DNA of 64,000 nucleotides from Candidatus Latescibacterota bacterium (GTDB lineage Bacteria; Latescibacterota; UBA2968; UBA8231): NCBI GenBank assembly GCA_965248265.1, contig CBDFJF010000001.1, positions 640,001 to 704,000 of the forward strand, read 5' to 3'. Shown piece by piece: positions 48,946 to 59,014 of this stretch (position 1 is its first letter; each line of letters starts with the position of its first letter). The notes under the pieces were generated by a model. It saw only the letters and a program-made list of their open reading frames with translations, ran no database searches and was not told where the DNA came from. The position numbers and the translations under genes were made by a program.

Positions 48946-49775
48946 CCCGGCGTCGAATTCAGAGGCAGTACGGCGCGGAAATCATCCCCGTACGCCCTGC
49001 AGGCCTGCCCCAGTTCTCCTTCCACGGCCGTCAACTCGCCAAGCACATCTTGCCGTGTCTGGATTGGGATCCCCCCGTCTTCCGTCGCCTTCCTCAGGGC
49101 TTGGATGTCCTGCACAAGCCGCCTCCGAATCGCCGCCTGAATGGCGAGCTGGCCTGACTGCGCCTCCACGTCCGTGAGACCCGGGCCTGGCAGCGGCTCA
49201 TTCACCCACTCCGGCTCTCCCGCGTAGACCTCGATCTCGTCCACGAAGGTGTACCGCCCCACGGGCCACACAACCAGGCTGACGTAGCGGCCGTGAGTCC
49301 TCAACTGGTCCGTGACAAATCGATGTACCCCATACTCCGTTGGTGAAGGGACTGGGGAGTGTGCCGCGCTCAACCCCACCAGCTCCCCGATCTCATGGAA
49401 TTCCTCGTCTTCACCCGCCGTGAAGACAAAGATCGCCTCCGGCCACTTCACGCTCGCAGTACCGGCCGCCGTATGGAACGAAATACCCCGTATCGGCCTC
49501 ACCGCACCCAGGTCCAGCGTCACGATCACGGGCTTCACTCTGACCCAGCCCACTGTCGACAGCTGTGTCCAGAGACTCTCCTCCGTCTGATCGTACACCC
49601 CATCCGTCAGCTGCGTGACATCAGCCGCGTCCTTGCAATGCCTGTAATTCGGCGCCTGCTCCATCGTGTAGCTCGCCCCCAACGCAATGTTCTCGCTCGG
49701 ACGATCCACCGCCGTGTCCTGCGCCCACACCCGTCCCACTATCAACAACCCTATTGCTGCCAATGTCCGTTTCAT
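48897..49775 (-). pseudogene. Secreted discoidin/F5-8-like protein, truncated and joined to the LSR2 remnant
   Basis: ENIALG, QLTDG, VTLDLG, GRYV, VDEIEVY; last 16 aa are out-of-frame LSR sequence. Confidence 0.65.
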
Positions 49776-49983
49776 CGCTTGTCTCCCGCTATCTGATCCC
49801 AGGCCTGCTGAGAATCTGCAGGAACGTGACCTGTGACCGTCACGCGTTGCGGAGAAGAGGCATTTCTCCTTGGCCTCTCAACGTAAGCTGCGCCCGGTAG
49901 ATCGAACAGGGCGCGAGGTTGCATGCCGAGTCTCCGCTTGTGATGGGAAATAGGAGCCGTGAAACACGCGCTCGCTTTTCCTA

Positions 49984-50022
49984 TGTTATCGCTCACATCT
50001 CAGGCGATCGTTATCGCCCACA
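49984..50022. promoter_or_regulatory. Two LacI-family-like operators
   Basis: TGTTATCGCTCACA and CGTTATCGCCCACA, 25 bp apart, upstream of a carbohydrate operon. Confidence 0.5.
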
Positions 50023-50069
50023 TCTCGACGATCACAGGCAGACCTCCATGAGCAAGGACACTACCGTCA

Positions 50070-53000
50070 GTGAAGGATGAAGTCCCCATTGCGCTGTCTC
50101 TGTCCGGTGACGCGCGGATCGAGAGACTGCTCGAAGACGCCGTCGTCATCCCGGCCTTCACCTGCCGGCTGGACGGCTTCACGAACGACACGGTCACCGA
50201 GTACGCGAATGCCTCCGTCATCCGGCCGCCGTCCGTGTGCCGGGCCGGTCTCGTCAGCGAGCTGCGCGACGTCGTCCGCTCCCGCCGGCGGGGCAGGTAC
50301 TACCTCGGGTTCACGATGTACGCCGCCGCCGGCGCCGATGAAGCCGTCGACATCTGGATCGGGCACCGGTGTGTGGCCCGCGCGGCGCTGGCGGACCCCG
50401 ACAACCGCCTGCATCTGTTTTTTGCGCCCGAGAAGTTTGACTTCAAGGGGGGCGAACCGATCCGGTTGGTGACGAATGAGACTCGGGGCCCGTGCAGAAT
50501 CGAGAACGTAGTTCTGCTCGCCAGGAAGCCCCGTGGCGGCGGCGACGGGCTGAAGGTCGTGGCGCCCGCGGTGGATGTCCGCACTGATGGGGAGAGGCCG
50601 GTCGCCTACGTCACCTGGCGGACGAATCGCCCGGCGTCGGGCCGCCTGCGCTGGGGGCTGAAGGGGGCGAAGAAGAAGACGGTGCTCCTGCGGACCGCAT
50701 TGTCGAACCACGAGGTGGTGATCGGCAATCCGGCGGCCGGCGACTATGTGTACGAAGTCGATCTCGCGGACCGCTCGCGACGGCTCGAGGCACAGTATTC
50801 GGGTTCGTTTCGCGTGCGTCCGCCCAGAAAACACTCGGGGATTGAGAAGGGCCGTTTTCCCCTCGAGGTTGCCCAGCGATGTGAGCGCGCCTGGCCGGTG
50901 AGCGTGGGAGTGCCTTTCAAGAGAGGGACGGTCTCGAACATCGGCTCGATTCGCGTCATCGACTCATCGAAACGCGCATTGCCGACCCAGGTGGCGGCGC
51001 AGACCCGTTGGGACGATGGCTCGATCCAGTGGGCGCTCCTCGACTTCGAGAGCGACGGAGTTTCAGACTGTGCGGTCGAATTCGGGAAGTCGGTGCGCAA
51101 CGACACCCCTGGGGGAGTGCGAGTGCGCTCGTCGAGAAGACATGTCGAGGTCGTGACAGGGCCGCTCCAGGTCCGCATTCCGCGCGATCGGACCGTGATC
51201 CCCGGGCTGGTCGAAGTGCTGGAGGACGGCTCCCGCCGCTCGATGGGAGAGGCGACGGCGGTCACCGTCGTCGACGCCGATGGACGCGCCTATCGCAGCG
51301 GCGCGCCCGATTCGGTGACGGTTGAGGCCAGCGGCCCGGTGAGGGCTACCGTCTGCCTGGAGGTAACCCACCGGAGTCGCGGCGGGCGCGCATGCCTCCG
51401 GTCGGTCTTCCGGCTGCATTTCTTTGCCGGCAGCCGCCGCGTCAGGGTCGAGCACACGTTCGTGAACGACGTGTCGGACCGCGATTTCGAGCGGGTCCAG
51501 GCGTTGTCGCTCCGCATCCCCGTCGAGGTCGGCAACGTGCGGACATTGCAGGGCAAGGGCTGGCGGTCGCGAGCTGCCCGTGCGCGCATCGAGCAGCTCG
51601 AGGACGACCGCTTCGATCTCTACGAGGCGAGCGGCGTGCGCACGCGCGTGCAGCGGGTAGGTGGCGGCCGCCGGAGCAACGGGGCTGCATCCGTCACCGG
51701 TGATCGAGAGAGCGTGTCGGTGGCCGTCCGCGACTTCTGGCAGAATTACCCCAAAGCGCTGACTCTGGCGCGGGATTCGATCTTCGTCGAGATCCTCCCG
51801 CCCCTGGATTCGTCCCGCTACCCGCGGGGCGGTGAGCTGGAAGACCGGCTCTACTACTACCTGCTCGATGGGCACTACAAGCTTCGCAAGGGGCTCTCTC
51901 GCACCTCCGAGTTCTGGATTTCCTACGGGCAGGGCGAGGCGGCAGAACTCGCCGCCGCCGTGGCGTCTCCTCCCATCTACCGCGCCCCCCTGTCGCACTT
52001 CAACGACAGCGACGCCTGGACCCGTTTCCCGCCCAAGGACCCGTCTCCGCGACCGGAGTACGAGGAGTGGGTGGCGGCCGCCCGCGACGTCTACGAAAAG
52101 GACAGACAGACTACGCGCGCCTACGGCATGCTCAACTACGGAGACTGGTACGGCGAGGGGACATACAACTGGGGCAACATGGAGTACGACACCCCGCGGT
52201 GTTTCCTGCAGGAGTTCATCCGCGGCGGTGACGTGTCGTTCTTCCGCTGGGCCGATGAAGCGGCCAGCCACCTCGTCGACGTCGACACGTGCCACGCCGA
52301 TGGCGGTCCGATCCCGAAGCATTCACAGTACCTGCATTGCGTCGGTCACGTCGGCGGGTACTACCCCGAAGGGTACCGGTCAGCGATGTTCTCGACGCTG
52401 ACGATGCCGTCGCACACCTGGGTCGAAGGCCTGTTCCTCCACTCCCTGCTGACCGGCGACCGCAGAATCCGCGACAGCGCTATCGCCGTCTCCGAAGCCC
52501 TGGTCGGCGACATGGTCAACGACTACGACTTCACCAACTGCCGCGAATGCGGCTGGCACCTCATCCACCTGTCCGCCGCCTACCGGGCCACCGGGCGGCG
52601 CGTCTTCCTGAACGGCGCCCGCATCATCGTCGATCGCGTGCTCGAGCGGCAGCGCTCGTCAGGCGGCTGGGACCGGCTGATGGTGCCCGGCCACTGCCAC
52701 TGCGATCCGCCCCGGCACACCGGCAACGCGGGCTTCATGGTCGGCGTCCTGATGGTCGGGCTCAAGCGCTTTCACGAGGCCACCGGAGACGCCAGAGTGA
52801 GCGGCGCGATCGTCAGGGCAGCCGACTATTGCATCGAAGCCATGTGGGTGCCGGAAAGCCGCGCCTTCCGATACACGTGCTGCCCGTCGTCCTACGTGCA
52901 CCCTGCCGACATGGGAATGCTCAAAGGGATCGCCGCGGCGTACCAGTTCACCGGCGCAGAGCGTTTCAAGCAAATCCTGCTCGCCGGCGTGGAGACGGCG

Positions 53001-53105
53001 ATCGGCGGCAGGCGACCGCGGCCTCACCGGGGCGCGGGCAAGAGCATCTGCATGCCGATGCGCGGCGCCCTGCAGGTGATCGCTTCGCTGCCGGACGAGA
53101 CGTGA
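50070..53105 (+). CDS. PcRGLX/YetA-like (exo-rhamnogalacturonan lyase-like) protein
   Basis: WPVSVGVPF, RWDDGSIQWALLDF, RDFWQNYPK, YGMLNYGDW. Confidence 0.7.
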   Translation: MKDEVPIALSLSGDARIERLLEDAVVIPAFTCRLDGFTNDTVTEYANASVIRPPSVCRAGLVSELRDVVRSRRRGRYYLGFTMYAAAGADEAVDIWIGHRCVARAALADPDNRLHLFFAPEKFDFKGGEPIRLVTNETRGPCRIENVVLLARKPRGGGDGLKVVAPAVDVRTDGERPVAYVTWRTNRPASGRLRWGLKGAKKKTVLLRTALSNHEVVIGNPAAGDYVYEVDLADRSRRLEAQYSGSFRVRPPRKHSGIEKGRFPLEVAQRCERAWPVSVGVPFKRGTVSNIGSIRVIDSSKRALPTQVAAQTRWDDGSIQWALLDFESDGVSDCAVEFGKSVRNDTPGGVRVRSSRRHVEVVTGPLQVRIPRDRTVIPGLVEVLEDGSRRSMGEATAVTVVDADGRAYRSGAPDSVTVEASGPVRATVCLEVTHRSRGGRACLRSVFRLHFFAGSRRVRVEHTFVNDVSDRDFERVQALSLRIPVEVGNVRTLQGKGWRSRAARARIEQLEDDRFDLYEASGVRTRVQRVGGGRRSNGAASVTGDRESVSVAVRDFWQNYPKALTLARDSIFVEILPPLDSSRYPRGGELEDRLYYYLLDGHYKLRKGLSRTSEFWISYGQGEAAELAAAVASPPIYRAPLSHFNDSDAWTRFPPKDPSPRPEYEEWVAAARDVYEKDRQTTRAYGMLNYGDWYGEGTYNWGNMEYDTPRCFLQEFIRGGDVSFFRWADEAASHLVDVDTCHADGGPIPKHSQYLHCVGHVGGYYPEGYRSAMFSTLTMPSHTWVEGLFLHSLLTGDRRIRDSAIAVSEALVGDMVNDYDFTNCRECGWHLIHLSAAYRATGRRVFLNGARIIVDRVLERQRSSGGWDRLMVPGHCHCDPPRHTGNAGFMVGVLMVGLKRFHEATGDARVSGAIVRAADYCIEAMWVPESRAFRYTCCPSSYVHPADMGMLKGIAAAYQFTGAERFKQILLAGVETAIGGRRPRPHRGAGKSICMPMRGALQVIASLPDET

Positions 53106-53112
53106 CTGCGAG

Positions 53113-54321
53113 ATGAAGAAAATAGCCGCCATCATCACCGTCTTCTTCCGCGGCTCCCATGCCGACGTCATCGTCCCGAAGTTCGTGCTCGGCTTTCCCA
53201 CGGACGAGGGACTGCTCGCGCCCCGGGTCGAGGTCGTCTCCCTCTACATCGACCAGTTCCCCGAAAGGGACGTCGGCAGAGCATTCGCAGCCGAGCACGA
53301 CATCCCCATCTACCATAGCATCTCCGCGGCCCTCAAACGCGGTGGCGGCGAGCTGGATGTCGACGGCGTCCTCCTGATCGGCGAGCACGGCGATTACGCC
53401 TGGAACGAGAAACAGCAGCAGCTCTTCCCGCGCCGCTATTTCATGGAGCAGATCTGCGGCGTCATGGCCACGAGCGGCCGCGCGGTGCCCGTGTTCAACG
53501 ACAAGCACCTCTCTTACAACTGGCACGACGCCCGCTGGATGTACGACCGGGCGCGGGCCCTGGAAGCGCCCTTCATGGCCGGATCATCGCTGCCCGTGGC
53601 CTGGCGTAACCCGTGGCTGGAGCACGAGATGGACACGGAGCTGGAAGAGGCCATCGCCATCGGCTTCTCCGGGTTGGACATCTACGGCTTCCACACGCTC
53701 GAGGTGCTCCAATGCATGGTGGAACGCCGGCGCGGCGGTGAAACCGGAGTGCGCGCGGTGACCTGCCTCGAAGGGGATGCCGTCTGGCACGCCGCGGAGG
53801 AGGGCGTCTGGTCCCGCGAGCTGGGCGAGGCCGCGTGCGCCGCCATCGTTTCCAAACCCTCAGGCTCGATGGAAGAGCACTGCGACCATCCGGCGCTGTT
53901 CTCCGTCGAATACCGCGATCGCTTCAGGGGATCCGTGCTGATGCTGAACGGGTATGTAACCGATCTGGCCTACGCCTGCCGCGAGGCGGACGGCGAGATC
54001 TCCGCGACGGAGTTCCATTGTCAGGGCCACGGTCCGGGGGGACCGCACGCCCACTTCAGCTATCTCGGACTCAACATCGAGGAGATGTTCCTCAGCGGCA
54101 CCGCTGGCTATCCCGTGGAGCGCACGCTGTTGACCAGCGGCGTGCTCGAGGCGGCCCTGACGTCTCGTCACGAGGGCTACCGGCGAATTCAGACGGACTG
54201 GCTCGACGTCGAGTACCGCTCGCACGAGCGCCTGCGCTGGCGTCCGACGGCGCCTCGCCCGGGCGGAGCTTGTCTCGACGCGTGGCCGCCGACACGCAGC
54301 TTGGAGAAGGAGCAGGCATGA
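53113..54321 (+). CDS. Conserved hypothetical oxidoreductase-like protein
   Basis: SHADVI, IGEHGDY, FNDKHLS, MAGSSLP, YGFHTLE, YPVERTLL. Confidence 0.7.
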   Translation: MKKIAAIITVFFRGSHADVIVPKFVLGFPTDEGLLAPRVEVVSLYIDQFPERDVGRAFAAEHDIPIYHSISAALKRGGGELDVDGVLLIGEHGDYAWNEKQQQLFPRRYFMEQICGVMATSGRAVPVFNDKHLSYNWHDARWMYDRARALEAPFMAGSSLPVAWRNPWLEHEMDTELEEAIAIGFSGLDIYGFHTLEVLQCMVERRRGGETGVRAVTCLEGDAVWHAAEEGVWSRELGEAACAAIVSKPSGSMEEHCDHPALFSVEYRDRFRGSVLMLNGYVTDLAYACREADGEISATEFHCQGHGPGGPHAHFSYLGLNIEEMFLSGTAGYPVERTLLTSGVLEAALTSRHEGYRRIQTDWLDVEYRSHERLRWRPTAPRPGGACLDAWPPTRSLEKEQA

Positions 54322-55655
54322 GCGACAACAAGATCGTCCTGGTCGGCGGCGGCAGTTGCGGCTGGATCCCGAAGATCGTCAAGGACATGATGCTGACCGA
54401 GTCCATCGCTGACTCGCGCTTCGTCCTCTACGACATCGACAGAAAGGCGGCCGAGCTCGTCGCCGCGGTCCTGGAGAAGCTCAATGGGAGCTTGAAGACG
54501 GGAGCGACCTTCGTCCCGACGGACGACAGGCAGGCGGCTTTCGAGGGCGCCGACTACTTCGTCATCACCATCTCGACCGGCGGCCTGGACGCCATGGCCC
54601 ACGACCTGGCGATACCGGAGGAGTACGGCATCTACCACACCGTCGGCGACACTTCTGGACCGGGAGGATGGGCCCGCACCGTGCGCAACTTCAGCGTCTT
54701 CGAGTCGCTCGCGGAGGATTTCAACACCTACGCCAGTGGCGCGGTTGTGCTCAATTATACGAACCCCCTGACCACACTCACGGATGTCCTCTCACGACTG
54801 TGCCACGGTCCCGTCCTCGGACTGTGCCACGGTCTCTTCGAGAACATCCACAAGCTCATGGACATCTACGGGATCGAGGAGGAAGAGGAAATCGCCGTCA
54901 GCTACGGTGGCCTCAACCACTTCTTCTGGATCACCGAGGCCCGCACCAGAGACATCGACATCTTCACCGACCTGCGGGACAGGGTCGCTGAGGAAGGGCT
55001 CACGAGCATCCTCGAGCAGGCGGCTCAGAGAACCGGCAAACCGGCAGAGCCCCGCGAGCTGGCGACGGCGCTCTTCAACGAGACCGGGGCCGTCCCGTAT
55101 TTTGGTGATCGGCACACCTGCGAATTCTTCCCCTGCTACATCACCAGTCCCGAGGCGATGGAGCGGTACAAACTGGTGCGGACGACGGTCGACGAACGCC
55201 GGAAGGGCCTCCGTGAACGGCGGGAGAGGTTAGTAGAATTGACCGACGGCGAGATCCCGGACGAATACTTCGTGCGCAGCCGCGAGACGGCCGCCGACAT
55301 CATATCCGCCCACGCCACCGGCGGCGTCTTCATCGACGTCGGCAACGTCCCCAACCAGGGCCAGATCGCCAACCTCCCCGCCGGCACCATCGTCGAGACC
55401 GCCGTGCGCGTGGACCGGAACGGGTTTTCGCCGATCTGCTTTGGGCCCTTGCCCGACTCCGTGCTCCCGGCCGTCGAGCCGTATGCCCACCTGTTCGGCC
55501 AGGTGATCGAGGCCTGTTTCCGCAAGGACCGGAAGATGGCGTTGCAGGCATTGCGGATGGATCCTGTGTGCTCCCACCTCACCGGCGACCGCGTCGTCGA
55601 GCTGGGCGAGCGCCTTCTGAAAGCGCATGAGGCCTTCGTGCCGGCACTCAGATGA
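54318..55655 (+). CDS. Glycoside hydrolase family 4 (NAD-dependent)
   Basis: IVLVGGGS, GDTSGPGG, LNYTNP, GLCH, GLNHF; ATG after AAGGAG. Confidence 0.92.
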   Translation: MSDNKIVLVGGGSCGWIPKIVKDMMLTESIADSRFVLYDIDRKAAELVAAVLEKLNGSLKTGATFVPTDDRQAAFEGADYFVITISTGGLDAMAHDLAIPEEYGIYHTVGDTSGPGGWARTVRNFSVFESLAEDFNTYASGAVVLNYTNPLTTLTDVLSRLCHGPVLGLCHGLFENIHKLMDIYGIEEEEEIAVSYGGLNHFFWITEARTRDIDIFTDLRDRVAEEGLTSILEQAAQRTGKPAEPRELATALFNETGAVPYFGDRHTCEFFPCYITSPEAMERYKLVRTTVDERRKGLRERRERLVELTDGEIPDEYFVRSRETAADIISAHATGGVFIDVGNVPNQGQIANLPAGTIVETAVRVDRNGFSPICFGPLPDSVLPAVEPYAHLFGQVIEACFRKDRKMALQALRMDPVCSHLTGDRVVELGERLLKAHEAFVPALR

Positions 55656-55944
55656 AGGCAGCGAGCGCGGGCGCACGACTGATGGCCGCTGAGATGTCCT
55701 CGAAGGAGTCGCCGGCCGGCGGAGGCGGCGCTACATCGCTTTGAAGTATGCGGCGCGGCCGACCACCGACGCACACGTTGAGTCCTTGAGGATGTGGTCT
55801 CCGAGCGTGTTCAGGCCCGAGGCGGTGCTCTTGAACAGCGATCGGCCGCGCATTCGGGGTCTGGTGGCAGATCTCGTGGAGCTGGGAAGAACGGATTAGC
55901 ACTCGCGGCCCCCGCAACGCGAATGGCAGCCGCTCGCCGACCAT

Positions 55945-57984
55945 GTTGAGTAGCCGGGGCTAGTCACCTAGCCCCAGCCCTCACCAGAGCCCAGCGAGCA
56001 GATTTCCCGCACTGGGCTCCTCCGTTAACACGTCTCGCGGTTAAGAAAACCAGATCGATACGACAATTCGAGGTTGCGGTAGCGGATACTGCCGAAGTAA
56101 GCCTCGATAGTATCTCGCCCATGTGAGGCGCGATCGCTGGCTACGGCGATTGAGCCACTTGTACCACGCCATCACTGCTGCGGATGTGAATAGGCTTACG
56201 CTGCGCCCATTCCCACTAATACCGAAGTAGTTGATGTGGCCCCGGATGCGTCGTACGAGGTCAGCGTGTTGCTCGGGGATCGGCCAATGGCGGTGTCGAC
56301 GACAGAGTCGATATAGCGCCTGTACTGATCGCCTGAGCCGATCACGCCGCGTCTTGCTCGTCAGCACCCATCGCCCCGTCCGGGCCCGTTGCCAATACCA
56401 CGTGAAGCCCAGAAAGTCGAAGGTACCTGGCCCCTTGCCCTTGATCTGCGCCTGTGATGGCCGCTCAAAAGGGATGAGCCGGGTCTTGTCCGGCTGCAGG
56501 GTCAGTCCGTATTTGTTCAGCCGCTTGCTCAGCACTTCCATCACCCGCTCTGCATCCTCCGGCAGTTCGAAACCAATGATGAAATCATCGGCGTATCGGA
56601 CCAACGTTGCTCTACGACGCAACCGCGGTCTGATCTCGACTTCAAACCACTCATCAAGGACATGATGCAGGTAAAGGTTGCCAAGCAGCGGCGACAAACA
56701 GGAGCCCTGTGCGGTGCCACGGTCCGGCGTCGAAAATTCCGCACCGTCCAGCACCCCAACGTGCAAGCACTTCCCTACGAGTCGGGTGATCGACCCATCG
56801 GGAATCCGCTCCTGGAGAAACTCCATCAGCTTGGATCGATCCAAACTGTCGAAGTAGGATTGGATATCCGCCTCCAGAATGACCTTCGCCTCCCCGTTCA
56901 TCACCACCCGATTCAACACCTTCAGGGCGTCATGGGCACTCCGTCCCGGCCGGAAGCCATATGAGCAGTCACGAAAATCCTGCTCGTAGACCGCCGCCAA
57001 CACCTCGCGTAACGCTTCCTGGACAATCTTGTCCTCGAAGCACGAGATGCCGATGGGACGGGTCTTCTTACCCTTACCGTCCTTGGGGATGTGGACTCTG
57101 CGAATGGGCTGGTGGCGCCACCGCTTACTGCGAAGCCGCTGGTGCAGATCCTGCAGATTGCTCTCCAGATCCTGCCCATACTGCTCCTTGGTCACGCCAT
57201 CCACCCCCACTGCGGCGCTCGGCTTTTGATGGTCGAACGCCCTCCGCAGCGCATCTACATCGATCAGGTGTGCGAGCGAGTGAAACTTGGCCTGCGGCTC
57301 TCGTCTCGCTCTTTCCGCTACTTCCAAAAGTCCCGGTGACATGGACTCCGAAGTCAATGCATCGGTCATGGTGCCCTCCTGAAGTTCGTATCAACACGGA
57401 CCGCCTTGGCTCCGCCGGGTCCGGTGCCAACCGTTCCCCGACTTCACAGCTACTACACGGTCCTCCGACTCCCTTACTCCGTCGGCCGCCGCTCCGGTTC
57501 CCCTCGCAAGCGACCTACCACGGTGCCCACGCTTGTTCTTGTTCGGCCACGCATGCGTGTGCTGACGCGCGGCGCGTCGGAGACTTCATCACCGGCTCTC
57601 CCGATCACCGGAATCTCCCGTGGAGAGACAAGGGCCTCCCAGGTTGCTGGATCATCCTCTGCGAGCGTGCCCTGGTCGTATCACACCCCGCCGGGGTGTC
57701 ATCGCCTCGCCCAATAGCGCCGACAACACTGCTGCCTTCAGGTACAACGGCACCCTCGGCTATCCCGGAACGTTCTGCATTTCAGGGCCGCCAATCGCAC
57801 GGCCCGCTCGCTCGCTGCCCTACTGCTTCGCCCGTCCCGTTACCGGGACGCACGCAAGGGCTCGCTTCTGGCCTGCTGGGCTCAGCTCTAGCCAGGCGGG
57901 CTTTGCACCCGCGGGACGACTAACCGTATTTCAAGAAGTATCACCTCCTTCTATTCCAACAGACCAGCCTAGCCTGGTCGCATC
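55945..57984 (-). mobile_element. Group II intron copy 3 (diverged relative of copies 1/2)
   Basis: 5' GATGCGACC; domain V; end CTACTCAAC; RT ORF. Confidence 0.93.
56041..57369 (-). CDS. ltrA: Group II intron reverse transcriptase/maturase
   Basis: YADD; same length (442 aa) as copies 1/2 with scattered substitutions. Confidence 0.96.
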   Translation of the reverse strand: MTDALTSESMSPGLLEVAERARREPQAKFHSLAHLIDVDALRRAFDHQKPSAAVGVDGVTKEQYGQDLESNLQDLHQRLRSKRWRHQPIRRVHIPKDGKGKKTRPIGISCFEDKIVQEALREVLAAVYEQDFRDCSYGFRPGRSAHDALKVLNRVVMNGEAKVILEADIQSYFDSLDRSKLMEFLQERIPDGSITRLVGKCLHVGVLDGAEFSTPDRGTAQGSCLSPLLGNLYLHHVLDEWFEVEIRPRLRRRATLVRYADDFIIGFELPEDAERVMEVLSKRLNKYGLTLQPDKTRLIPFERPSQAQIKGKGPGTFDFLGFTWYWQRARTGRWVLTSKTRRDRLRRSVQALYRLCRRHRHWPIPEQHADLVRRIRGHINYFGISGNGRSVSLFTSAAVMAWYKWLNRRSQRSRLTWARYYRGLLRQYPLPQPRIVVSIWFS

Positions 57985-58007
57985 CGTTGTAGCAGTGCGA
58001 TAACCGG
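57985..58007. repeat. 31-bp two-arm site interrupted by intron 3 (left part 55937-55944)
   Basis: Reconstructed CCGACCAT|CGTT-GTAGCAG-TGCGATAACCGG. Confidence 0.85.
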
Positions 58008-58213
58008 TCGCGCATTGGCCGTCACCATTGCGAAGATGCGACGCAGAATCAGCCAATGTCAGCCAAGTTGACACAGGGCCAGCGTCCGGGATTCCTTAAT
58101 AGGAGCTACGAATCAAGCTCTGAGAGCACGCCATGGCGTTCTTGGCGCCCTGGTCGGAATGAGGCAGCACCAACATGGACTTCTGAAATGTTCAGTTTTG
58201 ATGGGCGGGAGAT

Positions 58214-58735
58214 ATGACGACAGGCGGACTCGTCATCCGCGCGTTTGCGCCTCACGATTGGGTTGCGCTCTGCGAGTTGTACGAACCGGCTGCTAGGAGC
58301 GAAATGGCGTTGTCGGGTACTGACCCCCGAGCCTTCAGACCGTTGCCGGAGGAGGAGGACCTGGAGGAGTTCCAGCGCCTCAATACAGCGATGGTTGCTT
58401 GGATTGATGACCGGATAGTCGGATTCGTTGCGTGGCGAGATCGTGGAGAGTGGCGCGGGGGCGGCTACCTGTCCTGGCTCTACGTCGATCCGCCATACCA
58501 CCGAAGTGGCATTGGGGATCGCCTGATGGCGGAGGCGATGGCTGCGCTCGGGGAGCAGGCGTGGACACTGACCAAGCTGGGAAACGTCCCGGCAATTAAC
58601 CTCTACCAGAAACACGGGATGCGGATCGTAAGATCTCGACCATCAGATACTTTGGGCTGTCCCCACATTGAGCTCCGGCTCGCCTTGCCGACTAGTCGGA
58701 AGTTTGACCCTGACGTGCCAAATTTCGGCGCGTGA
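58214..58735 (+). CDS. GNAT acetyltransferase
   Basis: LYVDPPYHRSGIG, NVPAINLYQKHG. Confidence 0.9.
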   Translation: MTTGGLVIRAFAPHDWVALCELYEPAARSEMALSGTDPRAFRPLPEEEDLEEFQRLNTAMVAWIDDRIVGFVAWRDRGEWRGGGYLSWLYVDPPYHRSGIGDRLMAEAMAALGEQAWTLTKLGNVPAINLYQKHGMRIVRSRPSDTLGCPHIELRLALPTSRKFDPDVPNFGA

Positions 58736-58883
58736 TGTCGCGAGTCGAACAATTCGACCCAGGTCTATGATCGATTTACCCGTCGACGCCGCCATTCAGC
58801 CAGTCAATACCATGCGTCGCTGACGCTGCGTCCTAAGCAAGTAGATGCGCTTCGTAGCTTCGTCAGGCTGTAGCGGCACCTAC

Positions 58884-58914
58884 GTGCACGTCGGATTTCC
58901 AGTGTGATTACCGG
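58884..58914. repeat. 31-bp two-arm site
   Basis: GTGCACGTCGGA-TTTCCAG-TGTGATTACCGG. Confidence 0.78.
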
Positions 58915-59014
58915 ATCCGCGAGGAAGCGATACGAATGATTCTTGCCTTGTACCGGGTAGCCCCAAGGGCTGGTGATTGCGAGGCTACTTAGGTGGAATG
59001 AAAGGAGAGTTTTC

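Noticed and set aside
53835-54317. Long N-terminal extension of the GH4 ORF in the track, and many antisense or shadow ORFs
   Set aside because: Overlaps the upstream gene; the real start is ATG 54318 after AAGGAG. Shadow ORFs are expected at high GC.
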